Origin: the human T2T-CHM13v2.0 reference genome, Homo sapiens
Direction: 5' to 3' (one strand)
DNA length: 64,000 nucleotides
Assembly: GCF_009914755.1 (NCBI RefSeq)
Contig: NC_060938.1
The first letter of the stretch is position 1, and every line of letters begins with the position of its first letter. Below, piece by piece: positions 42,881 to 56,420 of this stretch. The translations under genes were made by a program, and so were the position numbers. The notes beneath the pieces were generated by a model. The model was not told where the DNA came from and did no database searches. It saw only the letters and a list, made by a program, of their open reading frames with translations.

Positions 42881-43419
42881 TTGATTTATAATAACATGAA
42901 TTTTAAATATCAGTAAATTGGCACTGATTTTTTAGTTGCTAAAATGTTACTGCCTGGGCTTTTGTGAGAAGTAGTTCAGTGCAGTCAGCGTTTCAATTTT
43001 TCATTCTGAAATCTTGTCTAACTCCTTACTTCCTCCTTTCCCTGGTGGACTCAAGCAGTGGAGGTCCCAGTGTGCCTTACACCTGAGGAGGTGTGGTGTG
43101 TACATCAAAATCAAGCCTGCTTCCTTTTGGTAAATAGTTACACCACACCAGGCGAGGGCCTGCCTACTCCAGTGTGGCCGATGTATTTTTCCAAACCCAT
43201 AATCAACCCAGAGATCATTGGCCCAACCACATCTGCTGCCCTTGATATTACATCTTGGAGTGGCAGTTGAGGGCCTGGCCAAGTAGAGAACTTGTCTTTT
43301 GGGGATGAAGTAGCATTCTCCCCCAACTCTCACTTTCTTTTCTACACGTGGATTTCTTTCTGAGTCTCATTTTATCTTTGTCTTTTTGGCTTTCTTTGTC
43401 TACACAATTGTTTTATTTA

Positions 43420-43563
43420 TTTATTTGCCCCATCCCCCTACTTTTTTTGCAATGGGGTCTCTATGTTGCCCAGAAGCATCTGGAACACCTGGGCTCAAGC
43501 GATCCTCCCATCTCAGCCTCCCAAGTAGCTGGGACTACAGGCCCGAGTTACCACATCCAGCCC
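43420..43563 (-). mobile_element. FLAM monomer
   Basis: GGGGTCTCTATGTTGCCCAG...CTCAAGCGATCCTCCC...GGGACTACAGGC. Confidence 0.85.
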
Positions 43564-43741
43564 CACGATTGTTCCTTTTTACATATTAAATAACCTATGC
43601 TTAATTTAGAAAATGCAAAAAATGAAAAGATGGGGAAAAAAACCAAACACGTAACTCCTGCACCTTGGTGTGTACCCATCCAGAACACTACACATGCACA
43701 CAATTTTTGTTTTCTCGGAAATAAAATCATATGAGCTAGAC

Positions 43742-43958
43742 CAGTGGTTCTCAATCAGGGTGATTTTTCCCCCACAGAAGACATTCAGCAATGTCTGCAG
43801 ACATTTTAGGTTGTCAAAACTGGGGCAGGTGGTGATACTGGCATCTAGTGGTTGAGGCCAGAGATACTGCTAAACATCCTAAAACGCACAGGCCAGCCCT
43901 CAACAACAACAAATTACCTAGCCCCAAATGTCAAAAGGCCCAAGGTTAGGAAACTCTG
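43742..43958. mobile_element. MER20 hAT-Charlie
   Basis: CAGTGGTTCTCAA start; GGCATCTAGTGG..GAGGCCAG; TSD AGCTAGAC/GTCTAGAC. Confidence 0.88.
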
Positions 43959-43966
43959 GTCTAGAC

Positions 43967-44135
43967 CACGGTTAAGCAAACTACTGCCCTCCTGGTTGGC
44001 TACCTGTTTTTATAAATAAAGTTTTATTAGAACACGGAGATGTCCATTCATTTCTATGTCATCTATGGCTGCTTTGACTTACAATGCAAGTGAGCAGTTG
44101 TAACAGAAACTGTGTGGTCACAAGTCCTAAAATAA
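43967..44135. mobile_element. MER58A-like hAT-Charlie
   Basis: CCTGTTTTTATAAATAAAGTTTTATTAGAACAC...CTATGGCTGCTTT. Confidence 0.8.
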
Positions 44136-44705
<570 letters not shown>

Positions 44706-44730
44706 CACTGCATTTTTCACTAAACTGCTT

Positions 44731-45090
<360 letters not shown>

Positions 45091-45446
45091 TAATGGAAAT
45101 AAAAGTCTTCTCATGTCCACCATATATTTTTATATCTCTTTTAAAGCGTTCAACTTTTTTAAAAGATTCCAATTTTCTGGATGTTTATATTGCTTCTGAG
45201 TTTCACAATTATGAACGATTCTGCCACGAACATTCTTAGATAAAGCTTTTTCACCTCATCTGTAATTATTTCCTTAGGATAAACTCCCAGATGTGCGTCA
45301 AAGAGCAAAGAAACATTTTTAAGGGTTTTGAAATATATATATTTTTAAGAATAATACCTTCCCTACAAGATGATTACAAGAATTAAGTTAGCACATGTAA
45401 ATCAATTTTATTAATTCAAGTAAGGTCAATAAAACTTAAAATAGTA

Positions 45447-45807
<361 letters not shown>

Positions 45808-46119
45808 CTATTATTGGTATCAGTATTGCTCCTGAATTTATCTCCAGCACTGTGGTTCTAATTATACTTCCACTAACAATGTCTAAGAATGCTTGTTTCT
45901 GGTATACTCTTTCTAATACTATTATTTTTATAGCCCTTGCAAATTTGATATACGAAATTGGCTTCTTGTTATTGTTGGTTTAATCTGACTGTAGTTCATT
46001 CATTTTCTTCGATTTAGGATGTTTTTCTTGGGTAGAGTTGTTACAAGCTCAGTCTATAGCCACATGTTTAAGGGTTGGACCATTTTTCACCAGAATGACC
46101 AGGACAATAAGTGACCATT

Positions 46120-46480
46120 TGTATCAGTCAGCTTTCACTAGGTTACATGTTGTAACAAGTGCTCCTAACATCTCAGTGGCTCACAATAACAAGTATGTAT
46201 TTCTCACTCACATTGCATGTGACAGCCCAGGCTGAAAGAGCGGTGCCCATCGGGGACATGCCATTCCCATGGAAGAGGGAAAGGAATAAATGAGAAAGAA
46301 AGCAAGGGTGAAGCCTCCAAAGCTTCAGCTCCTACCCGCACAGACTCCCTTCCGCTTGCATCTCATTAGCCAGAGCAAGTCATGGTGCCAAGTCCAATAT
46401 CAATGGAGCAGAGAAGTGTATTCCCACCATAAGAGACACTGCAAGCTACATAGCAATGTGTGGGAACTGAGATAGGGAGC
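46120..46480 (-). mobile_element. old MLT1 (I/J-like) LTR
   Basis: TGTATCAGTCAGCTTT...ATCTCAGTGGCTCACAATAACAAG...AGCAAGTCATGGTGCCAAG. Confidence 0.6.
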
Positions 46481-48177
46481 AATCCACCAGTAAAATCGAT
46501 GCAATTAACTAATTGTGTGCCTCTATTCGCCTCAAGTCAGGATTCCCCCTATATGATTCATTACAGTTCTCATAGAAATGATAAGCCCCATCCCCGCTAG
46601 CCACCGTGGGAACAGACAACAGATACTGAGCTGCTGTACTGCTTCCAATGGGCTCTAAAGACAAACTGGTCTGGAGAGACTCAGCCTAAACCAAACACGA
46701 GGACATCTCCCACTCCCTGCTTAAAGGGGCAAACTTGCCTATCAATGAAAAGAACTTTGTGCCTAAAGTCATCATTACATCACCGACAAGTAGGAAACAA
46801 TAAATCTCTGATCTGATCTAACCGTCATCAAACAATCATCCATCATACACAGAGAGTGTAATGGTTCCTTAGAATAAAGAGGATGGGGTTTATACTGCAG
46901 TTGGCCTCACCTGTGAGATCAATAGTTGCTATCAGCAGCAGCAGTAGCATAGTCACCACCATCACCTCCAGCGCCTTTTAAGGTCAAGCTAGTTACCATA
47001 CACCTGAACCCAGCCAACAGCACAGGATGTTTACAGATAAAAGGACCGACCCCTGTCCTAAAGAATTGAGCCCTTGGCTCTGCTAGCATGGCTGGTTGGA
47101 AAATTATTATGCTACTTGAATCCTCATAAAAATATATTCCTAAAATCCTAACACTAGACAGTTTTAGAATCAATAAATGTATATTAAAATTACAAGCTGT
47201 TCTACCCCAACCCTGAAAGAAACCATTCTAGAAACATGAAAAACAAAAAAGAGCAAGGCATGTTTCCTAAGGTAAGTCACTTCCTATTTGAATCATTTAT
47301 TTATATAACAAGCCTTTCTGGACTGATTAAGGAAACTGCCAGTTACACTTACCAGCTGTTCCTCAGGTTGGGGAGAAGCATGGCGTTTTCCTCCTGCTTT
47401 ACATGTGAGTGCCTGTGCTGGAGATTTTTGTCCTCGTATCCAAATTCTCTCCCTTTCTGTCAGTCTCTGGAAGGACTCGATGCTCAAAGAAAAACACTTC
47501 TCATCCTGAACCAGTGGCAAAGGGAAGAAAACCAACACGATCCTTTACATCCCCCTGGGCTGCTAGCTTCCTTGAGCCTTAGAAAATGATCAGGAATGAA
47601 AGTACGGTATTTTCTTCTTCATCCGTTTTTAAACTTTAGGTCTCCCAACGCCCAGCTCAAATCCTACCTGTCCTATGAAGGCATTCCTAACGACCTCAGC
47701 TGAGAATGGTTTTCCTTCCCTGAACCTCAATTGCAGCTTCCTGATTTTACCCCCCACCAGCACTGTCTTCACTGCCTGGTAATGTTGGTTAACTTCCCAA
47801 GTGGGCTGTAATGGCTACTGATTTTACAGGTTCATTCTAGTCTCCCTTCTTCTGAGGTTTGGAGTGATTGGTTCGGGGTGAGCCTGTAACCCCAGAGGGA
47901 CCATTCTGCATTTCCTCTTCATAGTTAAGTATGCCTTGAGAGAGAGAAGCTCCTGTTTTCTCCTGGGTCATGAGCTAGAAGGGAATTGTGAGCCTGGAAC
48001 TTCTCAAAGCCATCTTCCCTGGACTCCTGCAAGAAGCCAATGTTGGGAGACGGAGAATCCTAATGACATACTTTGAACCCCTAGATCCAGTTATGCCTGA
48101 AACTCAGCCTGAACCTCCCAATTATGGGAACAAATACATTCCCTTTTCTGCTTAAGTGAAAAGTCTGTCTTGTACTT

Positions 48178-48510
48178 CTTTTCTTTTTCTTTCTTTCTTT
48201 TTTCTTTCTTTCTTTTATAGAGACAGGGTCTTGCTGTCTCTAAAAGGAGGCAGGCTGGAGTGTGAAATGGCACCATCACAGCTCACTGCAGCCTCAAACT
48301 CCTAGGCTCAAGCAATCCTCCTGCCTCAGCCTCTTGAGTAGCTGGAACCATAGGTGCACATCACCATCCCTGGCTAGTTTTTGTATTTGTTGTAGAGACA
48401 GGGTTTTACTATGTTGCTTAAGCTGGTCTCAAACTCTTGGGCTTAAGCTATCCTCCCGCCTCAGCCTCCCAAAGTCCTGGGATTACAGACATGAACCACT
48501 GTGCCCAGCC
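48178..48510 (-). mobile_element. AluJ
   Basis: J-type dimer with a small insertion near its 3' end. Confidence 0.9.
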
Positions 48511-48529
48511 AATTTCAGTTGGTTTTAAT

Positions 48530-48787
48530 TTTTTTCCTTCCTTCCTCCCTCCCTCCCTCCCTCCCTCCTTCCTTCCTACCTTCCTTCCTTCCCACCTTCC
48601 TTCCTTCCCTCCCTCCTTCCTTCCTTCCCTCCCTCCCTTCTTCCTTCCCTCCCTCCTTCATTCCTTCCTTCTTTCCTTCCTTCCTTTTCCTTCCTTCCCT
48701 CTTTTTCCTTCCTTCCCTCTCTCTTTTTCCTTCCTTCCTTCCTCTCCTCTTTTTCCTTCCTTTGTTCCTTCCTTCCTTCCTTTTTTA
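48530..48787. repeat. (CCTT/CCCT)n polypyrimidine microsatellite, (GGAA)n on the minus strand
   Basis: About 255 nt of almost pure C/T tetramer repeats. Confidence 0.97.
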
Positions 48788-48903
48788 GAAACAAGGTCTT
48801 GCTGTGTTGGTCAGGCTGGTCTCAAACTCCTGACCTCAAGCCATCCTCCTGCCTTGGCCTCCCAAAGTGTTGGGATTACAGGTGTGAGCCACTGCATCTG
48901 GCC
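48781..48903 (-). mobile_element. Alu left monomer/FLAM_C
   Basis: Monomer; TSD TCAGTTGGTTTT at about 48515 and 48904 encloses monomer plus microsatellite. Confidence 0.85.
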
Positions 48904-49439
48904 TCAGTTGGTTTTTATTATTCACGACCTAAGTGACTAAGAAGCTCACTCAGAACTCCTTAGGAAAAAAGAAGAGTACGATGCAGGTGCTTTAGGGTAT
49001 AAAATCTCCAAGATCTCTCCATCCTGCTGCTCTGTTCTTGTCATCGTGTGGTTGAAGCTGGGTTGCCTCAGATTTGGGTTCCAGCTGATGGGAAGGGGAA
49101 AGAGCACGTGGAGGGGTATGCAGCTGGCGTCCACAGGTGCAGCTCTGGAGCCGGCACACCCACTTGCCCAAACATGCATGTGATAAGTAGCAGTGATACG
49201 GCCACCCCTAACTGCATGGGAAGCTGGTTCATGGCTCTGTCTGGGGAGCTGTGTGTGCAGCCACAGCTGTATTTCTGAAAGAAAGATGCGGATGCACAGC
49301 CAGCAGTCTAAAGCACACCAGGTGTTTGTGGATTTAAACAATTGCAATAGCACATCCAATTTCAACACATGCGAAGTCTGGAGTGAGGTGAAGAAAACAC
49401 CACTTCACAGGTATAAAGTGCTGGTGAGCAGAGCCCCTC

Positions 49440-50260
49440 AGGGTCTACTGTGGGGGGCTTGGACTATGGCAATTTAGTGAACCTGGAACTACATTTTCTA
49501 GAGTTCCTTTCCTGTAGGGTTTCAAGTTAGGGCTGACCAGGAGAGAAATTTGCATGAGATATGGAAGGTGGAAGTGAAGCAGCAGCTCTCACGCTCCGCA
49601 GGTGGGTGCGGGGCACTGTGCATTGTTACTGTAGCTCCAGTGCGTTGCCACTGATCTGCTGACTCACCCGGTGGCGGCTCGGGGCAGCCAGCCCTGCAGT
49701 TCCTCAGCAGCTGCCCCATATCCCTCTTTAGCATCGCCAAATCCTCCCAGGTGCAAGTGTTCTTCAATGATGAGGGACAGCAACTCCTGCTTTGGGTTAT
49801 CCCTTCACTGAGGGGGGCTGCAAGAGGCAGACATGGCTTATAGGTTGTGGCCTTTCTTCACATAAGGGTCTCTCAGCCTCAGCACTGTTGCTCTTTCAAG
49901 CCAGATAACTGTGGTCAGAGGCTGTCTTGTGCATTGCAGTGTTTAGCAGCATTCCTGGCCTCTTCTCACTAGATAGTCGTCACTCTCACCTAAGTTGTGG
50001 CCACCGAAACTGTCTCCAGGCATCAACTCCAAATGTCTTCTGGGGGACAAAGTCGTCCCAGGTTGAGAACCACAGCCTTCACATCCGGCTTTTTTTCTCA
50101 ACTGCTGGCTTTGTGACCTAGGGTAACCTCAAGCCCATCTGCAGATACAGAGGTCTAGCAGCTCTGCTGAGACCTCTCCATCAGCTGCCACAGTCACAGA
50201 AAAGCCAATCCTTAGACTTGGTCCCTTATTCCATGTTACTCACAGCAGTTCTGCTCAGAT
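49440..50260. mobile_element. ERVL LTR41-like element with an internal MER20-like insert (about 49865-50075)
   Basis: CTACATTTTCTAGAG...GAGATATGGAAGGTGGAAGTGAAGCAGCAGC; TTTAGCAGCATTCCTGGCCTCTTCTCACTAGAT...GGTTGAGAACCAC. Confidence 0.55.
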
Positions 50261-50338
50261 GAATTATGACTTCTATGCGCTGAGCCACTTTGCCTTCATG
50301 GACCTTATTCTACTGTTAAAACATTTTTTAAAAAATTA

Positions 50339-50612
<274 letters not shown>

Positions 50613-52385
50613 ATTATATTTTGTAATTATGTTGGTATAAAAAAATACTACCTAGGCTGGATTCATTATTATGTATTCACTATTATACTCATTTTCCTCC
50701 AATCTTAAAATAAATTATAATTAAAATTGGGCCCTGCAAGTATCCAGGGCTGTAGACATTGTGTGTCTGATGGAGAAGTCGGTCTTGGGTCTGCTCCTTT
50801 TGCCGAAACCCTAATGACACCTGCATTAACTTCACATGATTATCGTCTCTGTAATCAGAACAAAAACTCATGCAACAATGATTTGTTGCTTTCAAGGCTA
50901 ACCAGAGTTTGGGGAAATCACTCTGAGTACTCGGTGCTATATTCAATGGCAGCAGAGCCAAAGTGAGCGAAGACCCTTGGTGAGCTGGCGATGAGCTTAC
51001 CAGCTGGGTCAATAGGAACGATAGTGGCTGTATAGGGAATTCAAGGGAAGAGATGAGTGTGAAATAAAACTCCCTTTAAAAAACACATCAAAGAAAACAA
51101 GTATGTCTCAAAATGAAATGGCAGACATGTGTTTTCGATGTATTTCCCATTAGATTCTTAATAATAGGATGTAAATCATCAACTGGAGTCAGACGGACCA
51201 ATCCCGGGGCCCCGGTCCCCACCAAACGATGGCTGTTTCTGATTAGCTTGGAGCCTCCTATTCTCAGGAACAATGAGCGCTTCCTGGGGTCTGTGAGGGA
51301 CAGGAAATTAAGCCATCAGGCTTCTTGCCTATTATTTCCACACTTTCCTCAAGTTGGAAATCCATCAGCTTTGAAAGAAAGACAAATAAACTGTTCAAAG
51401 TGGAAGGAAGTTCGGGATGCAGTTTTATTCCACACTCCCCTTAACAAGCTTGTCCACAAGGGCTAGATATTCACTCCAGAATTAAAACACCTGCCTTACA
51501 CCAGATGTTTTATAGATGGGTACCATAGTGGATGTTAGAAAGTTTGTATCAAAACACCAAATTTTTCCTGTAGCAAAAACTCTGCTTTTTTTATATGGAA
51601 ATATCAGGAAACCATTTTGCAGTTGAACAACCAAACCAAAGGCAGTGGAGTTTAAGATAAATGTTATGAAAATTGCATAAAACATTATATCAAAACCCTT
51701 GGCAGTGTCGAAAAGCAAGATTTCTGAATCCAATGAGTAGCCGAAGAAGAAAATTCAATTCCATTTTTTCACTTTGCCTGCCAATTTTTATAGCACTTCA
51801 TTTAAAATGGAATCTCTAAAGAATCAATTCAAATTAGCTTTACAGTTTTCCCCAAAGAATCCGCTTTAAAATAAATTGAATTGGAGCATGTGACATAATA
51901 AGTGAGAATAAAATTCATGTTAACTAGAGTCTGAAGGAAAAACTTTTCATAATAAGGAAACAAATAATCTCACTTGACTGAGCTAAAAATAGTCTTTAGA
52001 TTGTCAGTTTCAAAATTGAACAAAAACAGGGGGAGTTGTTGTAATAATGACATGGCGCATTTCCCCCTAATGAAATGGCCTTGAATTTTGTAATAAATTA
52101 CAAAAAGAGAATTCTTTGGGTGAAAAGGAGATTCCAGACATGAGTTCCTTTCATAAATACAGTGACAGTAATGAAAATACCTTCCATCTGGGACTGAGCA
52201 GCTTTGGCCATTCTCCCCAGAGGTCCCACCATCGAACCCAGGGCAGAGCTGGGATTAGAGTGGGGTTGAGCCATAACAGGCTGCTTCTCCTGTTCAGAAA
52301 ATAGCTTTTGCTTCTGCATTTGTTTTATTTTGATGAGGTAGAGCTATCATAAGTTTTTCTTATGTTTTTTATAAAGTTTATTTAG

Positions 52386-52764
<379 letters not shown>

Positions 52765-53379
52765 CTGACGATATCTTATTTGACTTTGTAACTACCCAGT
52801 ACCTATCATAGTGTCTGACACACAGTAGGAATTCCATTATCATTTGAGGGAGAAACACAAGACTGAATAAGCCAATGAATCAATTTATTGTTTAAATCAG
52901 ATTAAACTGAGCTTTTAGATTATATCTTTTTAAAAAAAATCAGTTAATTTGGGAAATGCACAGTTTTTAATTAAGAAGGAGATAGTTGGGTTGTGGTGAT
53001 TTTTTTTCCCCTCTATTGAAGTCAAGTGACAAATAACTTGGTTTATCTTTGAAGAAGTCTTGATGGAGATTACTTAAGGCTCTGCCTGAAAGTAACCGTA
53101 AGTTACTTATAAGTTACGTAAGATAACCAAAGTTTATCTTAAGGGGACTCAATATCTTGAAATGTAGTTATGTTGTAAAGAACGGGCCATCTCCTCTTTC
53201 CACAATACCATTTGGGCTTCCTTGCATTTCCACTATGCTCAATCAATATAACTTAGTAAAGACCGTGTTTTATTTCCTACCACCTTTACCTATCTTTCCA
53301 TCCTTCCACCTATCCATTCATTAGTCCATCCATCTATCTGATTATCCATCCATCAAGTAGTTAGAGACACAGTGATGAA

Positions 53380-53615
53380 TAATAATAGCTAACATTTATT
53401 GAGTGCTCATTACATCCCAAGGACTGCAATAAACACTCTATGCTAATTAACTCATTTAATACTCCCAAAAGTTCTATGAAGGAAGTACAATTATAATTCA
53501 CATTTTACATACAAGGCAACTGAGGCAAAGCAAGGTGAAATATCTTGCCCATATTTACACCACTAGGAAGCGGGGCAGTCGAGATTTGAACCCAGAGACT
53601 CTGGCTCCAGAACCA
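53380..53615 (-). mobile_element. MIR
   Basis: AATAATAGCTAACATTTATTGAG...CAACTGAGGCAAAG...GAGATTTGAACCCAG. Confidence 0.85.
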
Positions 53616-53770
53616 CCTGTCTGCTGTATTAATTAGACAGATATGGTCACCGAACATAGACTTTGCGTTCTAGTGGGAGAAATAGAATTTAAACAACTAA
53701 TTATGTAATTTTAATAATAACAATTGCTTTGAAGGAAAAGTACAGCATGTTATAAGAGTCTATGAAAGAT

Positions 53771-54102
<332 letters not shown>

Positions 54103-55046
54103 CTAGTCTGAGGAAATTGGGAAGACTTCCCTGCTGAGGAGGTTGACCCTTGGGCTGAGATGGGCTGAGATGTGGCTGGTGGATGAGTAGTGAAGTATAA
54201 GCAGGAAAGAGTGTTCCAAGTAGAACGGCACATGCTGGAGAAAGAGGTATCTGTGTTGAGGAACAAAAAGTGGCCAAGTGGCCGTTAATGTCTACTGATG
54301 TCAGTGTGACCAAAACTCAGCTCAAACAAGGGCCTATTCTGGAGCTCTCGACCCCACTGACCTTCTGTACTCAGTTATGAAAGTCAGAATTCCAGGAGAG
54401 AACTGGTCATTTCCCCCCTCACCAGTGCCCACCCCACCTCACCTGTCACCAACTCTTGTCTCCTGGTGCCCCCCATATCAAATCAGTTGCCCCTCATAGA
54501 TCTATCAAATCCACTCATTTCTTTCCGATCCTGTCCTACCTCCTGAATCCAAGCCACTTTCACTTCCTGCTTGGATGTCTGCAGCATTTCCCTGTATCTG
54601 ATGCTCTGCGAAATGTCCCCCAGATCCCCACATGCCTGCCCTCCGCCCTTCAGCCAGACTGATATTTCCAACTCTGCCCTCACTTAGAAACCTTCAGTCG
54701 TCTTCCATTGCTCTCGGAAAAAGACGAAACTCCTGACCATGGTCTCTGAGGCTGAGCATGGCCTGTTCCCCACCTAGAAAGTCAGCTCTGTCCTGGGCCC
54801 CAGGCTCTGCCTCACAGAATCTCAGCTGCCGTGGCCTTCTTGCTTTGGTCTCTCTAGTGTGACCGGCCCCTCCCGCTGTAGGGCTGTGGCGCCTGCTCTC
54901 ACCTCTTCCTGGAAGACACTTTTTCTCCTCTTTGTTTAATTTGCTCTTACTCATCCTGTAGATCCCTGCTGAATAGGGAAGCCTGCCTATGTACCTGCTC
55001 GGTTATCTGAGCTGTCCCCATTACAATCTCTGTCCAGCTACCTCTC

Positions 55047-55897
55047 TGTTATGGGTGAAATTAGGTTTCCCCCAAATTCCTATGTTAAAGTCCTAATCCC
55101 CGGAACCTCAGAATGTGACTATATTTGGAGATAGGGCCTTTAAAGAGACAATGTGAAATGAGTCAGCTAGGGTGAGCCCTAATCCAATGAGTAGTGTCTT
55201 TATAAGAGGAAATGTAGACTCAAAAAGAACCAACCCAAATGTCCATCAATGATAGACTGGATGAAGAAAATGTGGCACATATACACCATGGAATATTATG
55301 CAGCCATAAAAAAGGATGAGTTCATGTCCTTTGTAGGGACATGGATGAAGCTGGAAACCATCATTCTCAGCAAACTATCGCAAGGACAAAAAACCAAACA
55401 CCACATGTTCTCACTCATAGGTGGGAATTGAACAATGAGAACACTTGGACACAGGAAGGGGAACATCACACACCGGGGCCTGTCGTGGGGTGGGGGGAGG
55501 GGGGAGGGATAGCATTAGGAGATATACCTAATGTAAATGACGAGTTAATGGGTGCAGCACACCAATGTGGCGCATGTATACATATGTAACAAACCTGCAC
55601 GTTGTGCACATGTACCCTAGAACTTAAAGTATAATTTAAAAAAAATTTTAAAAAAAACCCTTTTTCTGTCAAAAAAAAGGGACCCTATGGATGGGTATGC
55701 AGAGAGAAAAGGCCACGTGAGGGCGCCATAAGAAGGCAGCCATCTGCCAGCTAAGGAGAGAGGCCTCAGGAGACACCAGCCCTGCCTGCGCCATGATCTT
55801 AGTCTTCTTGGCTCCAGAACTGTGAGAAAATAAGTCTTCGTGTCTAAGCCACCCAGCCTGTGGTATTTTGTTATGGCTGCCCGAGGGGACTGACATA
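55047..55897 (+). mobile_element. MLT1B-like LTR split by L1PA
   Basis: TGTTATGGG start; MLT1B motifs; TSD CTCTC. Confidence 0.88.
55227..55657 (+). mobile_element. L1PA4-like 3' end, 5'-truncated
   Basis: ORF2 end MWHIYTMEYYAAIKKDEFMSFVGTWMKLETIILSKLSQGQKTKHHMFSLIGGN; G-rich 3'UTR; CCTAGAACTTAAAGTATAAT. Confidence 0.95.
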
Positions 55898-56116
55898 CTC
55901 TCTTTCACCGAACCGGTCACAGTTGTAATCTGTTTTATTATCATATCATCATCTTGACAAGAATGCAAGCTCTGTGAGGACAGAAACTGGGTCGGGTTTT
56001 GCTTGGCCAGCTGTCCCCAGTGCCTGGCATGGGGCCTGGCATGTAGTGGGTGCTCGATAAATAATTACTTCCTCACTGAATGAATGAATGAATGGACAAA
56101 TAAAAATGTGTGAGTG

Positions 56117-56420
56117 GGCCAGGTGCGGTGGCTCATGCCTGTAATCTCAGCACTTTGGGGAGGCCAAGATGGGCGGATCACCTGAGGCCAGGACTTTGAG
56201 ATTAGCCTGGCCAACATGGTGAAACTCCATCTCTATAAAAAATACAAAAATTAGCTGGGCATGGTGGCACGTGCCTGTAGTCCCAGCTACTCGGAAGGTT
56301 TAGGCACGAGAATCACTTGAACTGGGGAGGCAGAGGTTGCCAAGAGCCGAGATTGTCACTCCAGCCTGGGTGACAGAGCAAGACTCTGTCTCAGAAAACA
56401 AAACAAAACAAAAACAAAAA
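56117..56420 (+). mobile_element. AluS
   Basis: Alu dimer; (CAAAA)n tail. Confidence 0.93.

Larger units (their letters stand above)
54330..56100 (+). mobile_element. L2 3' region split by MLT1
   Basis: ACCTTCAGTCGTCTTCCATTGC; GTCCCCAGTGCCTGGCATGGGGCCTGGCATGTAGTGGGTGCTCGATAAATA; (TGAA)n tail. Confidence 0.75.

Noticed and set aside
48437-48940. 167-aa Pro/Ser/Phe-rich ORF and overlapping ORFs
   Set aside because: Translation of the (CCTT)n microsatellite and Alu arms
55249-55431. Clean 60-aa ORF with strong protein similarity
   Set aside because: C-terminus of L1 ORF2p in a 5'-truncated L1PA fragment, not a gene
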